Below are positions 25,261 to 32,000 of a stretch of 32,000 nt of DNA, one piece after another. The position numbers and the translations under genes were made by a program. Source of the DNA: Candidatus Scalindua sp. (lineage in GTDB: Bacteria > Planctomycetota > Brocadiia > Brocadiales > Scalinduaceae). The notes under the pieces are model-generated. The model was not told where the DNA came from. It saw only the letters and a list, made by a program, of their open reading frames with translations, and did no database searches. Within the stretch, counting starts at the first letter, position 1; each line of letters begins with the position of its first letter. The DNA is taken from positions 1 to 32,000 of the forward strand of contig JALDRA010000001.1 in NCBI GenBank assembly GCA_031316235.1, in the 5' to 3' direction.

Positions 25261-27489
25261 TCAAGTGGAATAACCGGCAGAACGGCCTCCAACAGCATAC
25301 GAGCTTGGGGTAAAGTCAGAGCCGGTGTTTTTTTTTAATACTCCGCGTATTCTAAGCAAAAATAATTGTGCCAAAAAAACAAACGTCATATGCCTATGCC
25401 AGGCGGGCCAGGAACGATGTTCATAATCTGCCATGCCTAATTCGCTTTTGCCTTCTTGAAATGATTGCTCGACAGGCCAGCGTAATACACATACACGTAT
25501 CATTTCTTCAAGTGCCGTCTCTGCCGGAGCATTGCTGAGGCAGTACTTTATTTCATGTGTTTTAGGATCTTTTCTTAAAAACAGCCATCTTTCATTCTCC
25601 GCTGTACTGTCATCGCCTGCAAACACCCTGGTTCGAGCGACAAATCCATAAATTGGCCCTTTTGCTCCTTCAGCAAGTTGGGCCAGCTTCCACTTTACAT
25701 TTCCGTCCTGTGCTATATCGGATACTTTTCTTTCAACTCTCTTCCGGCAAGCTTCACCATCTTGCGTGCTCACTAACACTTTCCGATTCTTTGCTATATC
25801 AGCTAGATAAAAAACCTGTGGAGGAAGATTTTCTAAAAAATCAGGGCTATTGCCAAATATACTATCACACGTTATCCAACGAAATGGGAACAGCCCACCC
25901 GTACTCAATTCAGCAATCATCTCAACGGCAAGTTCCGGTTTCTTCCTGAATACCAAATTTTTAGGCACTTTGCATCTTTCACGTCTCTCTTTATACTCAG
26001 GGTCAAACCACTTTTCAGGCATATACAGCCGGCGGTCTATCAATCCATACCCCTTCGTACTCGTATATGCCACGTACACTCCAGACTGACAATTTTCTAT
26101 TTTACCAAGACGGCCACAATATTGACGAGCGACTCCCACCGATTCCTTTCCTTTTTTCACCACTTCTCTACTATCAAGACTGAGTACTCCATCAGCTTCG
26201 GACAATAGTTTTGAGAGTTCCTCTTTGTGCCGTGAAGCGATAAATTCTCCATCCCACTTGTACTCTCCCATGAACCGTTGCAAGCTTCGTACTGTATCTT
26301 TACCTCGGAGTCGAAGTGCTATTGGCTCTATCGATTTACGATCAAGCTTACTTAATAAACCCTGCAAATAGCACAAGCTCAAATCTTTCTGCTCTTTCCG
26401 TCTGAATCCCTCCTCAAACAATGCGTGATACTTCTCCAACTCTGTTGCAAGCTTTCCGATATCGCTTGCACTCAATTCAACTCCGGGTTCTACTTCAGGA
26501 CTCCAGTCCGGGGGACGTACTATCATACTGCTTCTCCTTTCCAATGGCAGATTGCTGTAAGGTCTGTTTGAAAGGAGATACTTTCGGGTAAGTAATGGTT
26601 CTGTTTTGTCTTGTTTAATCTTTTGTCTGCCTTGTGGATCTAATACATAAAAATAAACCTCCTTGCTGTTTCCATGGTATATAAATCCTTTCTGCTTTTT
26701 ACGATAGCCCTTCGTGTTGCCAATTTTTACCCAGTTAGCTGCCTGATAACACGTTCCTGAAAATTTTGATGGATCGATAAATGTTTCCAGAAATAATAAT
26801 CGGGTGCCATACTTCTCTACCCAATCTTTCTGCAATTGTCGGACAACTCGTGATAAAATATGTGATGCAATATTTTTTACCTCTACCCATGGCATGATCA
26901 GAAAGCGACTATTGTTTAGTACTTTGTCTAAAGCCTTTCTGCGCTCCTGCACATTCCAGCCTATGATAATGTCCCTGCAATATAACCGCTCTACTGCGGA
27001 TTGCCAGCCCAGTGCCGCCACTAATCGATCAGAGCTGTATATTAAATACCTTATGTTCTGCCCTACTAATACTCGATAGCCCAAATAGTGATATCTTCTA
27101 TTGACGTACTTCCATATGCGGCCACTTTCTTTATCCGTTACGCTCTTTATCTTTAACGGAAGAAACACCTTTATGTTTCCCTTGATTTCTGTGGTATCCA
27201 ACCTCACATGTTCTAACGGACGTTCGTTTTTGCATGATGGTGCCCTTTTGGAAGCAGGCAGTTGGATAAGCCCTCTCTCGGACAACGATTGCAGTATACT
27301 ACGGCATGCACGATCTTTTAGATGTCCGTTAGCTTGTTTCCATTGCCAATGTTCTGACAACTTGATAGAGATATATACCCGGCCTCGGTTGCCATAGTGC
27401 TCTATCAAACCACGTACAACGGCTATATCCGCTTCGCTTATTTCCCGGCCTCGAATGACAAGCCTGCGGCCTTCCGGTGGCGTACCCAT
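25261..27489 (-). CDS. Fusion protein: N-terminal DUF4338 (DruA-type) domain plus C-terminal IS701-family DDE transposase; C-terminus frameshifted/truncated
   Basis: The DUF4338 pattern is NNSRFLIMPWVEVKNIASHILS...DWVEKYGTRLLFLETFIDPSKFSGTCYQAANWVKIGNTKG. The IS701 pattern is LEKYHALFEEGFRRKEQKDLSLCYLQGLLSKLDRKSIEPIALRL ... WPVEQSFQEGKSELGMADYEHRSWPAWHRH. It is one uninterrupted 742-codon ORF. Confidence 0.8.
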   Translation of the reverse strand: MGTPPEGRRLVIRGREISEADIAVVRGLIEHYGNRGRVYISIKLSEHWQWKQANGHLKDRACRSILQSLSERGLIQLPASKRAPSCKNERPLEHVRLDTTEIKGNIKVFLPLKIKSVTDKESGRIWKYVNRRYHYLGYRVLVGQNIRYLIYSSDRLVAALGWQSAVERLYCRDIIIGWNVQERRKALDKVLNNSRFLIMPWVEVKNIASHILSRVVRQLQKDWVEKYGTRLLFLETFIDPSKFSGTCYQAANWVKIGNTKGYRKKQKGFIYHGNSKEVYFYVLDPQGRQKIKQDKTEPLLTRKYLLSNRPYSNLPLERRSSMIVRPPDWSPEVEPGVELSASDIGKLATELEKYHALFEEGFRRKEQKDLSLCYLQGLLSKLDRKSIEPIALRLRGKDTVRSLQRFMGEYKWDGEFIASRHKEELSKLLSEADGVLSLDSREVVKKGKESVGVARQYCGRLGKIENCQSGVYVAYTSTKGYGLIDRRLYMPEKWFDPEYKERRERCKVPKNLVFRKKPELAVEMIAELSTGGLFPFRWITCDSIFGNSPDFLENLPPQVFYLADIAKNRKVLVSTQDGEACRKRVERKVSDIAQDGNVKWKLAQLAEGAKGPIYGFVARTRVFAGDDSTAENERWLFLRKDPKTHEIKYCLSNAPAETALEEMIRVCVLRWPVEQSFQEGKSELGMADYEHRSWPAWHRHMTFVFLAQLFLLRIRGVLKKNTGSDFTPSSYAVGGRSAGYST

Positions 27490-27657
27490 AAAGTCCTCCT
27501 GTACTCTATGGGTGCGAGTTTAACCGATTCGCTCAAAAGGCGTAAGAAAAAAATGTCGCTGTAGTGTTAAAAACAATTGAGTTTTTTATACTTTACATCT
27601 CAGGTTCACAAGCTAACATGTTAACAAATTTACTATTCTATAAATCTGAATTTTCAT

Positions 27658-29139
27658 TTATTTATAGAAAAAAGCATAGATCTTGTTAATTAAAAAGCAT
27701 ATGTTATCAATAATTGGCTTTCGAAAGTCTTCTAAAATGCGATAATTAGGTGACAAAATTGCTAAAATATAAGAAAAACAACCTATGGCCAATAACAAAA
27801 TAAAATTCACAGCATTTATTTTATAGAAAAACCACTTTTCTGAAAGTATTATCATTATCGCCATAAACACTGACCCTAATATGGCAGGACGTAAACTTTC
27901 AAGCACATCTTTGCCTCTTAATTTTAAACTCTCTTTTGCGAGCCGAATAGCCAAAATAAATTGTAGAAAAGATGCAAAAAGAAACCCAAATGCTACATAC
28001 TCAATACCATTTTGTACAATCAATAAGCAAACTATAATCAAGAAGACACTACAGATACATTCATTTATAGTTTGTCTTTTATAATTACCTATACCAATAT
28101 TCAGACTAGCCAATAATCCATTAACGGGTACAAAAACAAAAGCAACAGAAAATATTTTTAATGACCTTATCATTAGCTCCCACTTACTACCTAACAATAC
28201 CGATACAAAATGGGCACCTAAAAGAAACAAAACAACATTAAAGGGAATGCTGATCAACAAGATTATAGACAGAGCTTTTTTAAAATATTTCTTAATTTGG
28301 TCATCTTTTACTGATTGAATTCTACTAAAAGAAGAAAACATTACAGCATTGATTGGCATACCAATACAATTCCGTTGTATTTCCGCAGTTGAGTATGCTT
28401 TTTCATAAAAACCAAGAAAGGTAGGCCCCAGGAACTTACCGATGATAAATTTGTCAGCAAAGGAGTTTATGTAAAATAGTTGGGCTCTTAATAAATTATA
28501 CATTCCAAAATTAAATATACTCTTAACAGCAATATTTGAGTACTTAATTTTTGGTTTCCATTTTACTACTAATAAAATGAATAATGTACTAACAGTATAG
28601 GAAACCACAAGACCTATCACGAGAGACCAATACTTGAATCCCCAAAAAGCCAGAGCCAATGTAAGAAAGGATTGTATGATCCCTTGCAAAAACTCAGTTA
28701 TGGAAGTAATCTTGAAATTAACATGCCTCTTCATTAAAGTCATTGGCATCTGGAAAAAGCTCGTAATAATAAAAATTGGAGAAACTGCCCATAACACCTC
28801 TTCTAATTCAGGTATATGAAAAAAAACAGCAATGCGATGTGATAGTAAAATAGTAACTGCAAACAAAATTATAGAGACAATAACGTCAATAGTAAATACA
28901 GAATTAACGTGTTCATCATTGATGTCTTTCTTTTGAATTAATGCATTATTAAATCCAAAGTTCGTTATGGTGTTAGCATAAAATACTATCATTGTTGCGA
29001 TTCCCATGATTCCGAAGTCTTTTGGCTCTAATAATCTGGCTATAATTATGCTTACAGCAAATCTAATAATTTGGTAACCAATCCTTAACGCTGTGCTCCA
29101 GATTAGACTTGATTTAGTTTTATGTGCAATATTTTCCAA
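27658..29139 (-). CDS. Wzx-like oligosaccharide/polysaccharide flippase (MOP superfamily)
   Basis: 493 aa with about 12-14 hydrophobic segments. The N-terminal pattern FAVSIIIARLLEPKDFGIMGIA is typical of polysaccharide biosynthesis (Wzx/RfbX) proteins. Confidence 0.8.
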   Translation of the reverse strand: MENIAHKTKSSLIWSTALRIGYQIIRFAVSIIIARLLEPKDFGIMGIATMIVFYANTITNFGFNNALIQKKDINDEHVNSVFTIDVIVSIILFAVTILLSHRIAVFFHIPELEEVLWAVSPIFIITSFFQMPMTLMKRHVNFKITSITEFLQGIIQSFLTLALAFWGFKYWSLVIGLVVSYTVSTLFILLVVKWKPKIKYSNIAVKSIFNFGMYNLLRAQLFYINSFADKFIIGKFLGPTFLGFYEKAYSTAEIQRNCIGMPINAVMFSSFSRIQSVKDDQIKKYFKKALSIILLISIPFNVVLFLLGAHFVSVLLGSKWELMIRSLKIFSVAFVFVPVNGLLASLNIGIGNYKRQTINECICSVFLIIVCLLIVQNGIEYVAFGFLFASFLQFILAIRLAKESLKLRGKDVLESLRPAILGSVFMAIMIILSEKWFFYKINAVNFILLLAIGCFSYILAILSPNYRILEDFRKPIIDNICFLINKIYAFFYK

Positions 29140-29497
29140 CTTTAACCTATTTTTATCAAACCGTGTTTCCTAATTTAAACGAGACGGAAGATTTTTATAT
29201 ACATTACTTTGTTAAAAAGTTACACCGAAAATATTTTCTAAAGTTGTAAATTCCAAATTTTCATAACTTACGTATCATCAATGCATTATGTATATTTTTG
29301 TACTTGTTATGCCCATTACTCCTGCTATTAATTGCACTTACAATTATCAAATTATGCAATCACAGGAGCAAAGGATTTGAGTATTTTTTTCGAGCAAACA
29401 TATCCATATTTAATAATTTCTTGATAATTTTGCCCCTTGCAGTATACCCTCTTTCTTAAGTATGGTAATATTATAGAGTAAAATACTCCAAAATTAC

Positions 29498-29527
29498 ACC
29501 TGCTTACTTAAAGGGGGTGCAGTATAA
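29498..29527 (-). repeat. 29-bp repeat, partner B (inverted relative to 8852-8880)
   Basis: cacctgcttacttaaagggggtgcagtata. A related word, ccccttgcagtata, lies at about 29443-29457. Confidence 0.7.
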
Positions 29528-29629
29528 TTATAGGTTGCTACCCATTGGATTTTTGGATACTTATGAAAATTGAATTAGCTAACTTATTCAAAGATAATAA
29601 AGACTCACAAAATGAAATATTCAGCCTGA

Positions 29630-29815
29630 AAAACTGCATACAGAGAGGCTACGAAAAAGCGAGATGCAGACCTCATAAAAACGATTATACTCCTTGTCAC
29701 AGCATGGACAATCAGTCAAGAATCAGAGGCTCTCTTGCGTGGCGATGAAACAATAAAGAGTTATTTAAAACGTTATAAAAATGGAGGACAAAAAGATCTA
29801 TTGAAAGATAACTGC
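29630..29815 (+). pseudogene. IS630/Tc1-mariner-type transposase N-terminal (HTH) remnant
   Basis: The open frame reads REATKKRDADLIKTIILLVTAWTISQESEALLRGDETIKSYLKRYKNGGQKDLLKDN. This resembles the IS630 pattern R-a-r-I-i-LL-x-x-x-G-w-s-x-x-e-I-A-x-x-L-x-v-s-x-x-T-V-x-r-W-l-k-R-y-x-x-x-G-l-x-g-L-x-D. It has no ATG and no downstream catalytic domain. Confidence 0.4.
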
Positions 29816-29829
29816 TGTCTCAATGAAAA

Positions 29830-30330
29830 TACCCAGGAAACCAAATGGGAATTGCTCTTGAATTCTTTTATCGTGGTTCCGACAAAGCTGATAATCGATT
29901 GCGCGCCACCTTTGTCTAACCCGGTATCTCATCAAGATGATACAATAACTCTTTGTGAGATTTGGTCAAAGTATCAAGCTGTTTGGATTTTCCATTATGG
30001 TCGCTTCAAGGTCTCCAATAGTCGTCATAAGCAGCTTAATCTCAAAACAATTATGAGACTCAATAAATCCCTGAATACTCTTATATAGCTCCGTTACTTT
30101 ATCTTTGAGTCCGCCCCTGACTCACTCTTCCACTTCTGTTCGAGTTATCTTCTCTTGGGAATATAAAAGATTGATCAAATTCCTACCTGTTACACCAAAC
30201 AAAACAGAAACTATCGAGTCTATCTTTATGTTTGCTGTTTCCAATACCTTATGTACACACCCTAATATAATCTCGCAAAGACTCCGTATACTTCTTCTTG
30301 AGGATCACAAACTCTCTACATTGTGAATCT
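29830..30330 (-). pseudogene. Possible heavily degraded IS5/IS1182-like DDE transposase fragment
   Basis: The minus-strand frame reads NIKIDSIVSVLFGVTGRNLINLLYSQEKITRT. This is reminiscent of l-x-v-DST-x-v-x-x-n-I-x-y-PTD-s-x-LL-x-d-x-x-r-x-x-TR, but it is broken by several stops. The call is weak. Confidence 0.25.
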
Positions 30331-30415
30331 CTTTACTAGAAAACCAATCAATCTTAAACTTACATTCATGATCCGATAAAACAGCGCTAACTATGAGAGT
30401 TGCCTATCAAAATCA

Positions 30416-31684
30416 TTATGGTATTATCTTCACCCCGGTTGGAGCTGCTGGTAGTAAATTTGCTGAGGTAGCGGCTATGACATAGTCTATCGTATGTATA
30501 TTTGAACTAGGTGCATTGTGACCGTCTCCATTCGCAACAGAAGAAACATCTTTGATAGCAAAATAGATACGGTTCCCACCTACTTCTATGGTATCTGGTA
30601 ATGTAAATCTTGTCCAGACCGGTCGTTTCCATGAATTTGGTCTCTTAATTTGCTTTGTAGTTCCAACCTCATGATATACTGGATCGATTATTAGTGCTGA
30701 TGAATAATTAGTGTTTGTTATAAGAGCAGTTGAATAGCGAATCTCAAAAGTTGATTTTGAATCGTTATTATAATTACTAAACGAATTATCATTAAAACCT
30801 ATTTCCCACTTGTCAGTATTTGGCCAATATCCAACCCATACAGATGTTATTGATATGTCATTTTCATCCTGATTAGATGTGTAAAGTTCAATTTCATCCA
30901 CCCAATATGCTGTAGGGCTTGATTGAGCTTGCCTTATTTCAAGGTAAAAACTATTCATATATTCATAATAGTTTTTAGGGCTTGCAGGATTATCTTGAAC
31001 CTCACCTAGAGAAGCACCACGTTTATGTTGTGGATGCCTATCTAATAAAACATGTAGCCAGGCATCATCATTAACAGTCAAATAGTGATAGTAATGTTGA
31101 CCATTTGCTTCTGTAGGGCAATCTTTTCCAGCACCATAGCTTCCTCCTGGCCAGCATAAATAGGTTCCAAAATGAATGTTATAAGTACTTATATTACTGC
31201 TATCTGCTTGTGGATCTTTAATGCCAGTTGGTTTGAAATAAAAAGAAAGTCTATCAGTTGTATTGTCAGCAATACCTTGTGAACCAAAGTTATCCGACCA
31301 AAAATACCACCAACAAGACTGATATGTATTAGACACACCGGTATCATAAACTTTTAAGGATGCTCCGATAGATGTACTAGGTGCTCTCTCGTTGACATCT
31401 AGAAGCGCACTATTAGAATTACCATAATCTGTTTTTTCATGAATTCTTGGCATCCAATTTGAGTTTCCAGAAACGAATTGGCCATCATCATAACGCCAAC
31501 CAACAGCTCCATAATCATTTGCGCCATGAGGATACCAAGACCAACCTGACCAACTAGTACCATCTACATTTATATCATTCCAATCAAGAAGTTTAGCAGC
31601 AAAAATATAGTTTGTACTACATAAAAAACTTAACAATAAAAGAACAAAAATGTTTATTATTATCTTATTAATCACTTTCAACAC
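30416..31684 (-). CDS. Secreted hypothetical protein, Trp/Tyr/Asn/Ser-rich, unknown family
   Basis: 422-aa ORF with a signal peptide (IIINIFVLLLLSFLCSTNYIFA). The composition looks carbohydrate-binding-like (W/Y/N/G/S rich). It ends ...LLPAAPTGVKIIP, which looks like the beginning of an FN3-like module. Confidence 0.65.
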   Translation of the reverse strand: MLKVINKIIINIFVLLLLSFLCSTNYIFAAKLLDWNDINVDGTSWSGWSWYPHGANDYGAVGWRYDDGQFVSGNSNWMPRIHEKTDYGNSNSALLDVNERAPSTSIGASLKVYDTGVSNTYQSCWWYFWSDNFGSQGIADNTTDRLSFYFKPTGIKDPQADSSNISTYNIHFGTYLCWPGGSYGAGKDCPTEANGQHYYHYLTVNDDAWLHVLLDRHPQHKRGASLGEVQDNPASPKNYYEYMNSFYLEIRQAQSSPTAYWVDEIELYTSNQDENDISITSVWVGYWPNTDKWEIGFNDNSFSNYNNDSKSTFEIRYSTALITNTNYSSALIIDPVYHEVGTTKQIKRPNSWKRPVWTRFTLPDTIEVGGNRIYFAIKDVSSVANGDGHNAPSSNIHTIDYVIAATSANLLPAAPTGVKIIP

Positions 31685-31712
31685 TCCTTATAAAAATTAC
31701 ACACTAGAGTAA

Positions 31713-31934
31713 AATAAGTTTGTGTTTTTGTCGCCCTATTCACCAAATCTGAATTTAATAGAAAGACATTGGAAATATTTCGATAAAACGATATGTGAGG
31801 TGGCCTGGTTTTTCAAGACCATTTTCTACTATTTTTTAGATGCATTAACCACATACATTACACTTTTTGATGGATCGCAAACCATTCCTCCTTGCTTATT
31901 TTCCTTATCTAAAAATAATCATTTTTGCCGCTAG
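31713..31934 (+). pseudogene. IS630-family transposase C-terminal fragment
   Basis: NKFVFLSPYSPNLNLIERHWKYFDK matches the conserved fLPpYSPeLNpIE-x-x-W block containing the catalytic Glu. The frame is closed by a stop at 31710-31712, so more than 200 upstream codons are missing. Confidence 0.7.
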
Positions 31935-31941
31935 CTCCCTT

Positions 31942-31991
31942 TATATCTCCCATAATGTACCTCAACCGGAAACCAAATCGGTTTTAGTATA
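31942..31991 (-). mobile_element. Family-1 MITE terminal sequence (collapsed 50-bp copy, or the right end of the IS630 fragment)
   Basis: ccggaaaccaaatcggttttagtata (31966-31991) is the reverse complement of the MITE 5' end tatactaaaaccgatttggtttccgg. tatatctcccataatg (31942-31957) resembles the reverse complement of the MITE 3' end. Confidence 0.6.
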
Positions 31992-32000
31992 CATGGGACA

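Larger units (their letters stand above)
23477..27570 (-). mobile_element. IS701-like insertion sequence (~2.46 kb without the nested IS3) encoding a DUF4338-transposase fusion
   Basis: Terminal inverted repeats are ttaacactacagcgacac-ttttttt-ct (23477-23503) and the reverse complement of 27545-27570 (ttaacactacagcgaca-ttttttt-ct). The interior is interrupted by IS3 no. 2 at 23609-25240. Confidence 0.7.

Noticed and set aside
25653-27397. Plus-strand ORFs of 79-98 aa antisense to the DUF4338-transposase gene, and similar ones antisense to orfB at 24381-24669
   Set aside because: They are antisense shadow ORFs within well-supported transposase genes.
29545-30326. Three plus-strand ORFs (67, 117 and 73 aa) as real genes
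   Set aside because: The first two are pieces of an IS630-like HTH remnant read in two frames with non-ATG starts. The rest is antisense to a possible degraded IS5-like fragment. None has start or RBS support.
339-31684. Search for PEP-CTERM sorting signals (PEP motif, then a TM helix, then an Arg-rich tail) at the C-termini of all listed ORFs
   Set aside because: None was found. The 315-aa ORF ends in a TM helix plus a basic tail but lacks the PEP motif, so no exosortase substrate can be called in this window.

Overview
AT-rich bacterial window; the taxon cannot be determined from the sequence alone. The backbone is a minus-strand exosortase/EpsI-type (PEP-CTERM-system-like) exopolysaccharide locus. 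It encodes a 1446-aa membrane-anchored TPR protein, a translationally coupled OmpA-like / TPR-lipoprotein / coiled-coil operon, EpsI, an exosortase, two GT4-like glycosyltransferases, a sulfotransferase, UDP-GlcNAc 2-epimerase, a SAM methyltransferase, a Wzx-like flippase and a secreted 422-aa protein. Mobile and repetitive DNA cuts this backbone into several pieces. The insertions are two intact IS3-family elements with A-run -1 frameshift sites, one IS3 remnant, an IS91-family (HUH/Y2) transposase, and IS630-like and possible IS5-like fragments. There is also a ~2.5-kb IS701-like element whose transposase carries an N-terminal DUF4338 (Druantia DruA-type) domain and which is itself interrupted by an IS3. 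Two MITE-like hairpin element families are present, one with a filled/empty site pair inside the window. Other accessory content is a duplicated four-helix-bundle (23S-IVS/Avd-like) gene with one copy carrying a nonsense mutation, a DUF433/DUF5615 toxin-antitoxin-like pair, and five strand-polar arrays of degenerate heptanucleotide repeats with higher-order periodicity. No rRNA, tRNA, CRISPR array or cas gene was recognised. All functional calls rest on motif recognition by eye; no database search was run.
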